248,000 bases of DNA from Octopus vulgaris (lineage: Eukaryota): assembly GCA_951406725.2 (NCBI GenBank), contig OX597817.1, forward strand, positions 117,820,001-118,068,000. Direction: 5' to 3'. Below the pieces are notes generated by a model, which made no database searches, was not told where the DNA came from, and saw only the letters and a list, made by a program, of their open reading frames with translations. The translations under genes and the position numbers were made by a program. Position 1 is the first letter of the stretch; every line of letters begins with the position of its first letter. Below are positions 136,701 through 151,805 of the stretch, one piece after another.

Positions 136701-136738
<38 letters not shown>

Positions 136739-138245
136739 CATATATGTATATCTTTATATAAACTGTGTCTACTTATATATTATGCCTGTACATTTTTCTA
136801 CAAGTATGTAATTATTGTTTCTATTTGAGATTTCAGAAATAAGTCTCCAGTACTTAATGCGCTTACTAAACACAAAGTGGTTTAAGCATAAAAACCAATT
136901 GGAAGGCATAGGACATTTTGGAATTGAAAGTCCACATAATTTCACAGTCTTTTTAATTATATAATGGTGACAGCCAATCGAACTTTTACGTATAGTTCAG
137001 ACAGGAAGGATTATAGAAAGCCAGACTATATTTGAATATTGTCTTGTCATTTTGACCTGCGAATGTAAAAGCTCGGAAGTAAAAGAATTCGTTAGCGAAA
137101 TCTTGAACAGCAAAACAAATCTAGAATCAAATCTGGAATGTCGTCAATTATTGTTAATACTTACGTCAGAGTATAACAACCTGAATAAGAGGCAGCTGTA
137201 AGATGTAAACATTTTACAAGAAAAGTGAAACTGAATTCACCTTGTCAGGCTTCAAGAAGTTGCAAGAATACCAGGAGCCGTTATCTTTCAATCAATGATG
137301 ATTGAAGATTGATCACTAATTCACGAACCGGAGAAAAGATCGGAAGAAGCTCTATCGTGTATATCAAATAAGGGTGTAGACAGAAGTACATGAGTACAAT
137401 GAATAAATCTTATGCGAATTATAAAACAAAAGACATATATTATGCATGTTTGAAATAGCTACAGTTGCGCACAGATCGGTGTACTACCTGAAAGAATAAT
137501 GGAAATAAAAGAAATAAATGGGCTGCAATCAGGAGCTAAACATACAAAGCATCCACTAGAACGATTACTGAAGTCTGGTGCTGTTGGAGAGAACGACACA
137601 ATGAGAAGGTCTGAATTTAATGTGACACATTATGACATGTAATAAATTGAAGGTAAAATATATGGTAAGAGCCACTGATGAGAATTCAGATGCTTTGAAT
137701 CAAAATTCGAAATTACCGGTGATCTGGCTTAGTTAGCTAGTTAAAATTATCTCCCTTGTCAGTTATAAAGACAGTGCATTTGTGGCTATTGCGTTGTTCT
137801 TACTGTCATTTCTACAAATGCTGGTACTACTTAGTATATTCTGACACTTTTGTGATATTCATAAATTTGCAATTAGGCTGTTAAATTGCTAATAAACCAC
137901 CCATATTATTTATAGTTTCCACTTTTACTTTTATCGTTTTTTAAAAAATCAGCGTGAATTCAACGGTTTCCTTATAAACTGACGAGGTTAGTTGAGGTTA
138001 ACCCTATGCGCGGTAGGAAACACTGACGAGAATTAAGATCCTCGGTGTCAAAATTCGATATCACCAGTGATTTGGCTACGCCCGCTTATTACCCTATAAC
138101 TTATTACCCTATACCACATTAGGGACGTCTATAAATTTGCCATTGGGTTGTTAAATTGCTAATAAGCCACCCATATTATTGATGTACATGCATACATACC
138201 CGTACACATACATACCCATACACATATATATACATACGTATATAC

Positions 138246-138314
<69 letters not shown>

Positions 138315-139159
138315 CGACGTAAGAATGACTAAGGGTGAATTTCCTGTCTAGAAAAGGATACTGTTAACATTTACGTCAGAATATAACATCCTGAATAAGA
138401 GGCAGCTCTAAGATGCAAACATTTTACAAGAAAAGCTTTTGATCATTTCCTCGATAACAAGGTACCCATTGAATTTCAATTTTTTTTAAATTTTCATATA
138501 TATGTCATATATTTTATTTTTCATATATTTTTAGTTTTCATACATTTGTTCTGTTTGGGATTTTACATTACTGCGTTTATTTTTGCTTTGTTAATTTTGT
138601 TCTGCTTTGACTTGCGATGATTTTGTGTAGGGTATATCTTTTCAGTTAGTATTTGTGTAATTTACTGTACTACCCTATTTAAGATTCATATCTTACTTTA
138701 CTATTACAGCTATACCAATGATACCTAATCCAATACTTTAGGATTACATGTAGACTTATTCTTACTTTACTTCACCTGTATTCATATATTTATTTATAAT
138801 CTTTGATTAAAATTTTATTTCTCTTCACTATTTTGTACTTATGAATTCCTGCTAATTAACTAGGTAGATGGGAATATTTCCGCTTTAAAATAATTAGCGA
138901 AACCATCGCTGCCTTTCCTTTGTATCTTTGCAAATACTAAACATGAGTTCCAACTACTATTCATTTTGTAACATTAGAAAAATAACTGAGTGACGATGGC
139001 TAGAAACATGCTGATCAACTATATCCTCTTTCTTCTTGTTCTTCCTCTTCTTTGGAAGTTGATTTCATTTAGTTCTGACAAAGATATCATTATGGAGGTG
139101 GCTCCCTACTTTGTCGATCTGTAAACGCACCTAAATGCATATACGTAACAGCTGCAAGC

Positions 139160-139194
<35 letters not shown>

Positions 139195-139217
139195 TTTCTC
139201 CTCGTAATAATAATAAT

Positions 139218-139291
<74 letters not shown>

Positions 139292-139301
139292 TAATAATAA
139301 C

Positions 139302-139338
<37 letters not shown>

Positions 139339-139389
139339 GTTATAACATATTTACGAGTATTTATTTTGAATAGTTACTAATTCGTATAC

Positions 139390-139735
139390 TCTTTACTCTT
139401 TACTCTTTTACTTGTTTCAGTCATTTGACTGCGGCCATGCTCGAGCACCGCCTTTTGTCGAGCAAATCGACCCCAGAACTTATTATTCGTAAGTCTAGTA
139501 CTTATTCTATCGGTCTCTTTTGCTGAACCGCTAAGTTACATGGATGTAAACACACTAGCATAGGTTTGTCAAGCAAGCGGGACAAACACAGACACACAAA
139601 CATACACCAATATATGTATATAGGTGTATTTTACTATAGCCTCGGGCTGACCAAAGCCTTGTGAGTGGATTTAGTAGACAGAAACTGAAAGAAGACCCTC
139701 GTATATATGTATATATACGTATATATATATGTATA

Positions 139736-139775
<40 letters not shown>

Positions 139776-139796
139776 TGTATATATATATATATATGC

Positions 139797-139871
<75 letters not shown>

Positions 139872-140015
139872 TACATATATATATACGTATATATACATAT
139901 ATACGAGGGTCTTCTTTCAGTTTCCGTCTACTAAATCCACTCACAAGGCTTTGGTCAGCCCAAGGCTATAGCAAAAGACACCTACCCAAGTTGCCACGCA
140001 GTGGGACTGAACTCA
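139390..140015 (-). mobile_element. OR-like SINE with an internal inverted duplication around a (TA)n tract
   Basis: 139630-139705 is the reverse complement of 139900-139975. Confidence 0.75.
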
Positions 140016-140323
140016 GATAATATATGTATTATGCACTGAAGCGCGGGACTATTCAAGATGTAACGGATTACAACGAAACTAGACGAGCTTTTCATTTTAG
140101 GTGCAGCCTGACATACTGACGATAATTACGTCTCCAGCCAGAATTCGAAATCATGACCCAGGTATATCTGTTTCCTTAATTCTACGGCGATTTAGCTGAG
140201 AATATGTTAAATGCTACTCGTTTGCCCGATTTTTGTTGGTCCGTTACATATTTTCATTAAGATTAGTGGTTAAGATGGAGGATTTTACTTCTACTCTTTA
140301 GCAAGTTGGTCCTTCTTGTACCA

Positions 140324-140366
<43 letters not shown>

Positions 140367-141199
140367 GAGAGAGGGGGGGTTACAATTTAAAGGGAAAATC
140401 CCGGGGAATAATTTCAAGGTAGCTAAGTATCCGAGGATTTAAATCTGGGATAGTAAGTCTTATTTAGTAGAAAATTGAACAAGGAGACGAACTCTCAGGA
140501 TGTTGTTAAGGCATATATATATTGAATTCTTCTGCACATATTTCGAAGGATGAACTCCAAAATGCCTGACAGGATAAATTATGTTCAGCAATGCATCAAT
140601 CTCGTCAGGAAGGATAGAAATATCTTCAAACTCATCAAACAGCCATTTTGGAGTGCATATGTTTATCTTGAAGAATTCAAGATATAAATAGTTTAACAAC
140701 ATCCCGAGAGTTCGTCTCCTTGTTCAATTCCCTTATACATATATACATAACTTCAATAATAAATATGAATGTCTGTGTGTCAATGTGTGACACTTCTTCA
140801 GCTTTACTCTTGGAGACCTTAGCCCAACATATCATACCATTTTGAAATCCGGTCGACTCTGTGAGTAAATTAATAACAGGGCCGAATCCGGACCCGCAAT
140901 CCTGTAATTTTTAATTCCCAAGTTTTCATTACTGCGATTGTTTTCGGCAATTCGTTTACCTGATTTTCTTCGACAAATGTTATTGTTCGATAATAAATTT
141001 TATAATATATATTTTGGACTCCGAAGTTTTCATTATTGCGATTGTTTCCGGCGATTTTTTACGTTTTGTTTTCGGCGATTTCTTTTTGCAATGAATTTTT
141101 TGTACGATAACAATTTTTATAACTTGGAAATAAATTATGGGAATAACCGAAATTAATTGCGAAATACAGCGATTATTTTCGGCTATTTATTTTACGTGA

Positions 141200-142380
141200 C
141201 TTTTTGCGATGAATATGATCAGCATTGCGATATGACTCTGAAGGAGGCGATTCTCCAAATCACTTCAGAGATATATTTGTTGTAACGAATACCACCTGTG
141301 GACTTTCCAACCCAGTTATTCTCCAGGAAAAATATCAGGAGGCTCTCAGTGAGGATATTCATCATCAAATGATACTTGCTGATCCAGGATTAGAAATGAA
141401 TCTTTAGATTGCAAATTTAGCTCTCTGAAATTCAAGACAAAGTGAAAAACTACGTTCAAAGAGATCTCAGCAACTGTGGTGTGCCAAAAACAAACAGACA
141501 GACTGAACAAATCAACAGAGACATTGCGAGAGAAACGGGATACAACATGGAAGAACTGCAGCAATGTGTTTAAATCAATGGGCCCCTGTGGAACCAAGAC
141601 CAACATGAAGTCCTTGATGACATCAGCAACAACAGTGGAGGGATTTTCTTCTTGGGTGCATCTGGAGGTACTGGTAAAATGACCAAATACAACGCCTACC
141701 GACATTTTTTAAACAGCCTGGTTATATCATTAAGATTGAATTTGACTTGACAAGTGCGCAAAAGCTACATTCCCCACACTATATTCAGTAACAAATGAGA
141801 CAATGAAATATTGAAAATAATTCCACATTGAAGGAGTTCCAAAATTAGATGAACTAAAAGCAAGTTAAGAAAAAGCTAAACACACGGAAAAAAATTTCTT
141901 AGAATACAGCCTAAAGTAATTCTATTGAAAAAATCGAGGAAAAAGCACTTCATAGTAAATATCAAAATATTTTACATATCAGTGTTTAGCTTCCTCTGAT
142001 TTAAAATCAGAGAGTCTATCATAACAGCCACGGATCAGTGCATGAAGCTATCACTTTTTGCGATGAATATGATCATCATTGCGATATGACTCTGAAAGAG
142101 GCAATTGCAACAAATTCTCCAAATCACTTCAGAGATATATTTGCTGTAACGATTACCACCTGTGGACTTTCCAACCCAGTTATTCTTCAGGAAAAATATC
142201 AGGAGGCTCTCAGTGAGGATATTCATCATCAAATGAGACTTGCTGATCCAGGATTAGAAATGAATCAATATCATAAAGAAGAGCTGCAGATCAATAAGCC
142301 GATTGCATAAAAAACAACCGGAAGCAATCGATCGCATTGTCTCCGGGTGTAACCTTCTTGCACCGTAATTTTATCCCAAC
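141200..142380 (+). mobile_element. Two duplicated Helitron Rep-helicase linker fragments (141200-141410, 142045-142270) flanking a LINE fragment
   Basis: CDMTLKEAIATNSPNHFRDIFAV..TCGLSNPVILQEKYQEALSEDI resembles WDATMAEGALLQTHSALRHLFAILL..CQLSDPLSLWMKYRDDMSHDF in the intact Helitron. Confidence 0.55.
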
Positions 142381-142834
142381 ACAACATGATAGAGCTGCAC
142401 AGTATCTGAACTAGGTAATTTGCAAGAACCTGACCTGTCCCGAAAACGATCATTTCTCACTCCTATGGAAATTTCCTTTTCAGAATAACATAATGATCGA
142501 TGCAAAAAGGGTATATATTATATCTTGAAGTGCAAATTTGCATAATGTGGGGGGTCAAGATTAGAACAATCGCCGTTGTTGTACGTGCTCTTGGGAAAAT
142601 AGCAAAAGTGGTTGACTATTACTTATCTCAAATCGCTAGGAATCCAGAAATGGAAGAAGACAAGAAATAGTGCTCTTCCTGACCGAAAATCTTCCCATAA
142701 AAGCCCATACACATTTAAAACCATTCATTACTGAATCAATGATGTTAATAATAAAAATATAGCAACAACAATAACAGCATGAAGAAGAACAGTATGCAAC
142801 AACATTAAGCACAAAAATATTACTACTTCTACTG

Positions 142835-142936
<102 letters not shown>

Positions 142937-143449
142937 GTAATAATAATAATAATTATTATTATTATTATTATTATTATTATAACTACAACAACAACAACAA
143001 TAATAATAATAATAATAATAATAATATTCAACACTCGTTCAAAACACCATACAGGAATGAAGTCATACCGTAAATACCCAACAAAATGAACCATGTCCAC
143101 ATCATGTGCCACAGAATGCCTATACCCGACAGAACACAACTTACGCTGCATAAACGACACACAATACAAAATATGATAGATCAGAAGACTCAAACCATAC
143201 CCCATAATAAAATATATTGAAAATACAATATCCCCTCCAAAAAGAAAACAATGCAATACACACCACCCCACCAGTACTAAGGTGCAAAAAAATGATACAA
143301 TAGAAAGTTGCTTGTAGCGATGTCGAAAAATAGTAGTGGTGATGAGACACAGAAATTTCCGAAGAACTCTTGTAAAGTAAAGATGCAGACTGACCACAGC
143401 TGTTATCTAAATACAGCATCAGCACATAATGTATCAAGGTGGAGGAAGT

Positions 143450-145135
143450 GGATCAGTGAAGAAAACAGGATACGTAGAAAGTGAACCTACTATGAGGGGC
143501 TATAGAAAACAGAAGAAATTGGGTGACAGTATTACAGGTAGAAGATATCACAAGGAAATGGGAAAAGAAAGACCAGGCAATAGGAAAGACAAACAACAAT
143601 ACAAGTGATAGAGCTCAAGCCAAATGAAAACCTAAAGGCAAATATAATTATAGCGCAATCAATAAGGAAAGGATTTATGTGATTTAAGTGAGGAAAATCA
143701 GAAGATTTTTAGATGAGTTGCAGGAAGTAATGAGGAAGCGATTGGCAGCATTAAGAGGCACCAAAAGAAGGAAGCTGCTACAAAACACTAGGGAAGTAGA
143801 TTCTGTTTTCAGAATATTGGGGACACTATATTGTTGATCTGTAGGGGTTGTAGTCAATACAAGATTAGATATCACACAGGGAAAGATTAAAATTGAGGAA
143901 ATGTAGAAAAGGAGATTAGAAAATAAAGTGAAGACTTTAAAACTAGATCTGAATAGAATAGAAGCCTGGAAACGGAACAAGTTAGGAAACACAAGCTGCA
144001 AGTAGACAAGAGCGAAGGTTAGAGTTATAAATATCTATGAGTATTAGAATCTGACAGAGTTCTAACCATAGAAATGGAAGCAAAAATTGAGGGGTACATA
144101 AGAAGAGTGAGGAAGCTAATGAAGTGAAAAGCTAAATGGTCCGAATCTAGTAAAGGTTGTAAATATTTGAACAGTATCATTTCTTAGACACTCAGTAGCT
144201 TTTGTAGATTGGACAACAACTGAATTAGCAAAGCTAGACAGAGGAACTAAGAAGGAATTCAATACTAATATAGGACTGCACACAAGGGCATGAGACGCAC
144301 GATTTTACTTACCTAGAAAGGAAGATGGTAGAGGATTATTATCAGTAGAAGACTGCGTGGAATTAGCTAGAGTAGATATAAAGTCCTATATAATTAATAG
144401 TGAAGATAGTCTATTAAAATCTGCTAGAGTAAATACAGTAAGACATAGGAAAACCAAAAGCCCTAACGAAGTTAAAAAACAGAAAAAAGAACAGAAATTA
144501 TCTGACTGGCAGGAGAAGGCCTTGCATAGTAGAATCCCAAAGATACTTGCAGTAAATAGTAGTAGTAAGATATGGCTATGGTTGCAGAAAGGAAAGCTGA
144601 AAAGTAGTAGCTGCAAAAGATCAAGCATTAAGAACTGATTGGAACAAAGCCAAGACAGACAAAATCCAAGTAAATTCCCAATGTAGATCACGCAAATCAA
144701 AAGAGTAAAGTGTTACTCGTATAGTAAATAAATTTAGCATGCAGTGCACAGAAATAATCCAAGAAAATACATGACAACCTAGGAAGAGTAATCCACTGGG
144801 AGTTATGTAGAAAGCTAGGATTTGAGCTTACTAATAAATGGTATGAACATGAATCTAGTGAAGTACCATAAAGTAGGAAATACTTGATGTTGTGGGCTTT
144901 AACATTCAGACTGACTGAGTAATAGAAGCTAGAGGGCCTGTGTTAGTAGTAGTAAATAAAGAGAATAGAAAGTGCCAAGTAACTGACTTTACAGTCATAA
145001 ATTGGGAACTATCTCTAAATATCTGAACATATGGATAGAGAAAATTGGCATAAAACCTAGATTAATACAGCTCCAGAAAACAGTGTTATTAGGGACAACT
145101 ATGATACTTAGGATGGTTCTTCGCATCTAAGGTTA
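143450..145135 (+). mobile_element. Degenerate R4/Dong-like LINE (RT C-terminus to RLE)
   Basis: GRGLLSVEDCVEL, LSDWQEKALH, IWLWLQKGKLK, IHWELCRKLGFELTNKWYEH. Confidence 0.7.
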
Positions 145136-145200
145136 CATGTTGTAGCCCGATGTAGCCCAATTCGTTGCTTTTATATGAAAATAACAACAACAACAACACC

Positions 145201-145239
<39 letters not shown>

Positions 145240-146119
145240 CTAATAACCTTATTCAGTAAATGTCACTGGAGTGGAAAGATCATAAAGAATAGTTATTATG
145301 AATGAAAAACAAAGACCCTGTGTTGTCTGCCGCGTTCTCCTCGATAAATTGATAATCTCCACTATTATATCGAATATTAATAGCACGCACACAGATATCA
145401 AATAAATAGAACCGATCCACTACTAAAGATTGCAGTTGCCAGAGAAATTGAAGACGGAAAACGAATAGTGTTTAATCGACAGATTGAACATCAGTTGACT
145501 GAAGAAGAAATTATAAGAGGAACTGGCTTATTGATATATGGATCAATTACATAAATCTTAGCATTTAAAGCCCACTAACTCTTGGATTTTGATAGCACTC
145601 AAATATATCAAAACTTCAAATGACATTGTTGGATTGTTACCTCTAAGTATGGGGAGAGAAAGAACCAAGAACTAACTAGAGGGGAACGCTTTTGAGTAAA
145701 TCAAATTGTGCTGGAGTATTTTGCTACGTTAGCATTATTTCTATACTTGCTATAGAACAGAGAAAAGTAGACTCTAGATATAGCCGTAGAAAATAACAGA
145801 AGATAGTCAACTGTTTACTAGTCATGCAGGTTTTAAAGTTATGTGGAAATATTATGAGGGAATTGGATATTCGTGACTATACTCTGAAAGTGTTGGAAAA
145901 TTACGTTAAAATAGAATTTAGAGTGTCTGTGAAATTAAGAGTATTGGGGACACTAATTTGTTGATCTGTAGGGATTGTAGTCAAAAGTGACGTAAAAACT
146001 CTTTAGAGTGGAGAAAAGATACGGGAGAATTGTAGAGAGTTTTGGTATACATTCATTATTCCATGAAGATGGAATAATGAATGAATAATTTAAGGAGGCA
146101 TTATTTGCGAACTGTAACG

Positions 146120-146270
146120 CGTGTACATTATTTACATTATTTACAATTGACAGATATTTGTCCTCATCTTGTTTGTTGTTTCGGCTGATATACTCTCCAG
146201 CCTTCATCATGTGTCTTGGGGAAATTTTGAACCTGGGTTCTCATTCCTAAGGTATTTTTTCGATGTTGTT
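146120..146270 (-). mobile_element. HHR-bearing repeat (family of 168490-168730), degenerate copy
   Basis: ccttaggaatgagaacccagg...gacacATGATGAA-GGCTG...CAGCC-GAAA; the region 3' of GAAA is deleted. Confidence 0.65.
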
Positions 146271-146908
146271 GTTGTTGTTGTTGTTATTATTATTGTTATT
146301 ATTATTATTATTATTGCTGTTGCTGTTGTAGTTATTATTATTATTATTATTATTGAGTGAGAGAGCAGCGCATGCCATCAAAGTGACACTGGGGTAAAAT
146401 ATACGAAGCCCAATATACCCATCATGACTACCCGTCTGATAAAGGTACACCAGGCACATGCATCACAACCATATGTGCGCGACATGGTGATCTCATATCA
146501 AGATAAACAGCACATAACCTTGCAGGTGGGGCCCAGTTAGAATTTTCTTCAGGTTGAGTAGCCCATCCCGCTCAAAAGGTCCCTGAATAAGGGTTGTTTA
146601 AGGATGTTGAAAGAACCACCCATGTTTCCAGAGGTGAATTATTCAAACCCAAAAGAATCCCTCTCAACACATGGCTATGATGCTCCCCCACTACTTCTGC
146701 TCGTGATCAGAGATGCACATATCGTCAGCCACTAAGGGACATGCTCAACTGGTTAAAGTCAAACAACTGACAAGCAAATCTGTGGTATTGAGCAGAATAT
146801 TTGCTGTAGCCCATCTTTTATACCAAGACAAAACAATGTACATGATAACACTTCCAATCAGTTAAGATCAGAAGCCATGAGAGCCTCTGCCTGGTACTGC
146901 ATCAGGGC

Positions 146909-146992
<84 letters not shown>

Positions 146993-148397
146993 CATTATTA
147001 TTATTGAGGTCAAGATGAGGACAAATATCCGTAAATTGTAAATAATGTAAATAATGTACATAATTCCTCATCTCTTAAATATTGAACTGTAGTAACAAGG
147101 ATATTAAATTCTGAATTCACCCCCAAAAACCTTTCCATCTTCCTATAAAATGTGTGAATAACAAAATAGAGCAAGGAAAACTTTGAGGTAGTAATTATAA
147201 GAACAAGGGAATTTCTGATTATCTGCATAGCCTTACCCTAGACAAATACTAAAATTTTAATTTTAGAAGGGAAGTTGGAGCGAGAGGATTGACAATTGTA
147301 TATAATTATAGAGAAGTGAAAGTTGAGAGTTTCATGAAGCAATTTATTAATAGAAACAGGGTGCTTATAATAGCAGAATTTTTAAGAGATGTAAGTTGAA
147401 AGATTGCAAAAAAAAAATGGTACATTCGAAGCAACGAAGTAAGAATACTACGAAAAACACGTAAAATACGAAGCAAAATATTTGCAATATTTTAATAGTT
147501 ATTAAAAATATTGAAGTGAGTCGAGCGCAGAGACCATTTCAATACTTCAAAAGGAGAATTTCAAAGAAGGAGACAGAGATATGATTCTAGGTGAACAGAA
147601 TAACACAGAACAAGACAGATCAGGAAGATTACAAACATAAAAAAGAATAACGTCTAGACTGAATGAAGAATGTGTAGTGAAAGAGAAGAGACGTTTGTAA
147701 GTAAACTCTTTGGGTATAAGCTGCTTGCTGAGAGAGCTTATATGAGCTGGAGATATGACGAAATTACTAATATGGATGAGTGAGTTACAAATATGAATTT
147801 GAAATCAAAGAAAAATATATAACTATAATGCAGAACATATCCGTGGATATGACTTTGTGATATAAAAGTTCAAACAAATCGGGAAACGGATCATTTACAC
147901 CCAGATATTGTCATATTCGATAAAGCGGAATAGTTTTCTTGCTTAATCAGTTCTCTTTATCCTTGTGGACATATAGTGGTGTATAAAATTGTGAGAAATC
148001 AAAAAGAAAACAACATTAAAAAAAAAATGAACTTCAGAGTCAGCAATTGCCGTGATGTTAAACCAACTGGAATAGGAGTTTTGAGGATCGTGGCAGAGGT
148101 TTAGATGATTTCTTGGATATATTGGATATCGAGATGAATTTCTTCATCTTGAAAAAAGAAGAAAAGAAAACACGATGCTTGACATAATAAAAACCATAAG
148201 AGCTAAAAAAATCTTTGGTTGTCGAATTCTGTTTATTCTGTATCAAGCCAATACCAGTAGAAGATCCAAGAAAAATCTAAGTGAAAGAAAAGACATAACA
148301 ACAAGAGCAACAACAGCAACAGCAGCAACAACAACAACAATCATAATAATTACTGGCTGGATCCGTGAAAAGTTCATGGAAAATATAAAATATATAG

Positions 148398-148560
148398 GCG
148401 TAGGAGTGGCTGTGTGGTAAGTAGCTCGCTTACCGACCACATGGTTCAGGGTTCAGTCCCACTACATGGCATCTTGGGCAAGTGTCTTCTACTATAGCCT
148501 CGGGCCGACCAAAGCCTTGTGAGTGGATTTGGTAGATGGAAACTAAAGAAGACCATCGTA

Positions 148561-148593
<33 letters not shown>

Positions 148594-148803
148594 GCGTGAG
148601 TATGTGTTTGTGATTCTGTGTTTGTCCTTCCAACATGGCTTGTCAACCGATGCTGGTGTGTTTACGTCCCCGTAACTTAGCGGTTCGGCAAAAGAGACCG
148701 ATAGATTAGGCTTACAAAGAATAAGCTCTGAAGTCGATTTGCTCGACTAATGGTGGTGTTCCAGCATGGCCACAGTCAAATGACTGAAACAAGTAAAAGA
148801 GTA
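148398..148803 (+). mobile_element. Octopus tRNA-derived SINE (OR-like)
   Basis: ggcgtaggagtggctgtgtggtaagtagc...gggttcagtcccact head; tail gaaacaagtaaaagagta. Confidence 0.82.
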
Positions 148804-148857
148804 TCTGTAAATTGTGTGCTGGTGCCATGAGAAATATTTCTATATTGTGACAGTTAA

Positions 148858-149075
148858 AGGCGGCGAGCTGGCAGAATCCTTAGCAGGCCGGGCGGAATGC
148901 TTAGCGATATTTCGTCTTTTTTTACGTCCTGAGTTCAAATTCTGCCGAAGTCGACTTTGCCTTTCATCCTTTCGGAGGTCGATAAATTAAGTACCAGTTG
149001 CGTACTGTGGTAAAAGAAATCGACCGGCCCTATCCCCCTCAAGATTCCAGGATTTGTGCCTATAGTAAAAAAGTA
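148858..149075 (+). mobile_element. Octopus SINE (OK-like)
   Basis: ggcggcgagctggcagaatc...gagttcaaattctgccgaag...cctttcatcctttcgg. The same family occurs at 109080, 175770, 201695, 202795, 232470 and 232700. Confidence 0.75.
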
Positions 149076-150130
149076 TTTTGCGACGGAGCCACGACGAGGA
149101 GGTGGTGTAACATTGGCTCAAAATGAGAGGAAAGAATACATTGAGTTATAGTTTCTGATGTTCTGCCTATATTTCATTCCTTCAATGTCGGTATTCTCTA
149201 AAATTTGTTCTAATTGGGCAGTATTAGGCAGCATTTAAAAGATAATTCTGTGTTTCATCTTGCATATTTTCCCTTCCTCCTTGAACTCTGTTTTTCATAT
149301 CTTGAAGGCAATTCTGCCTGTCATCTTCGTCCATATATCTCGTTTCTTGAACTCTGTTTCTCTGTTCTAAGTATAACTGCCATTGCTCTTGATTCATTAA
149401 TAGTTTTAATTCTGTTTGGCTCTATGAATTTGATCTTTTTAATGCTTTCGTCCATTGCTTGGTATAACAAAAGTGAAAATGGAAAACTCCTGAACAAAAC
149501 AGAGAAATTGTAACTTAACAAAAAATATAGAAAGCGAACATAATAACACATATATCTGACAGTAATTCTTCCATATTTTCCTCTCATAGAACACTAAAGC
149601 CTCCTTTTCCTCATCAACAGAAGGATGTTAATTTCGTTCTTTTTCCTGTTTCCGATTAAATCATTTAGCAAACGACAGAATAATTCTTGATATATTTGCC
149701 CCACATGCATTTGTTCATATTTCTGTAAGAGTTAATCCATATTCAGAATCTGTGTTTCTCAAAGAAGGAAAATGAAACATCTTTATTGTATTGTACGGTA
149801 TTCATCTTTTAATTACATTTGTGACTATATTTGTTTCGTCTGTAATGTTTGCCTTTTAAAAACTCGCTGTATTTTACCTTTGGTTTGTCATATTATTTTA
149901 TATAGAAATTTAGTCAAATGTTTAGTCAAATGCATCACGCCACTACACACACACACACACACGCATACACTCACAGATACAATCGCATACACACTCACAC
150001 ATATACACACAAGCACACACAGATACACACGCATGCACCAAATGCGTATAAACACACATACTTGTATGTATCTATATATCCATTTATATATGTGTGTATA
150101 TATATATGTGTGTATATATATATATGTGTA

Positions 150131-150182
<52 letters not shown>

Positions 150183-151774
150183 TATGTATATATGTATATG
150201 TATATATTTACATATACACATATACATATATATACACACACACACATATATATGAATATACATACGCACGTGCGCTTACACACACTCACTCACACACACA
150301 CACACATATATGTATTAACGGAGTATAGGCGTAAAGCAGTGTTAAATATGAGCAGAATCTAGGTTAGCTGTATTATGTTTGCACATATTTCAAATGATAA
150401 AGGTAAATACACTGCAGTTAACCTTTGAGAAAAAATCTCTCTTCTGGTAAAAGGTGTGGAAACACATAATTCGTTCAGCTTGCCTTTGGCAGTTGAAATG
150501 TGTGACAAACATATATGCATGCATACTTATAACGCAGTCCTTTGAACCCATTCGAAATTAGTTTAATAAAGTATGACCTAATAGTGCCTTTTTGATGTAG
150601 TATTTTACCATGAGGCAATCTACGAATACATTTATTTTCTGTATATGGGGTTCCAATAGAAATCACTTAAAAATTTGATATATTACCCTAATATCTTACA
150701 TTATATACTTTGACTTATTTTTATATAATCAGAATTTTGTGATTCAGACAATAGTGTGTGTGTATCGAAATTATACATCACTCTAATTATATTTAAATAT
150801 ATGATGTGCTGCTCTGCTTCATAAATATTTTATTGGATAATTACATATTCAATAATTTTTTTTTTTAATATGATTCAATTTTATAGTTAAATGTCATAGT
150901 TAAATGGTTATACAGGAAAGGGGAATCCGCTTAGTTTATGGTGGGGAACTTTGTAACAATTTAACACAATATATAGTTAATAGGTGCAAAATAGTAAATA
151001 TACCCATAAATATAAAGAGACGTAAATGCTTTCCTGAACGACACATAAATCTCACATTTATCAGTTTCATAAAATTCTTGTGTGTGGAGGGTGCGTGTAA
151101 TTACGCGTGTGTGAGTACGTGTGTGTGACTGTACGTTTGTGACTTGTGTATAGAAAACATTTATCTGTATCATATGAGAGATCAGAATATTCATTATCAG
151201 TTTATCATTGCTTGATGTAATACATCCAACTGATGCAATTCAGATTCCTAGGTATGATCTCAGGTTATTATGCTATTGTTATTTGAGAACCCCCGTCGGA
151301 TGTTGAATGACATAACTTAGTTATGAATAAAATTTATTCTCTACTGAGATTATATTAACTGTGTAAGCAAAGTGACTGGTCAAGGGACTAATAAGTTTGC
151401 CTATACATTTGATATAATAAGTTGCTGATTGCATTAATGTACTTGATTACACTATATTCAACATGGCCAACATACATAGTATTTGCATGTATGTATGTAT
151501 TGAATGTATGTATGTGTGTGTATGTCTGTTTGCATATATGTTAACCATCCAAAGACAAGAGGGTATTTTAAATCCGTGAGCGTTCAGAACAAGGTTAACA
151601 TGCTATACTATTGATCATATTGCCTCTGTACAACAAACGAGCTACTATCAGACGATAAAAGAATTGAGGGTCTAATCCCCAGAGAGAACATGCGTGAGAT
151701 ATGCAATATGTATATATGTGCGCGTGCGCGCGTGTGTGTGTAGGTATATATATACGTATGGAAGGCCAGAGAAG

Positions 151775-151805
<31 letters not shown>

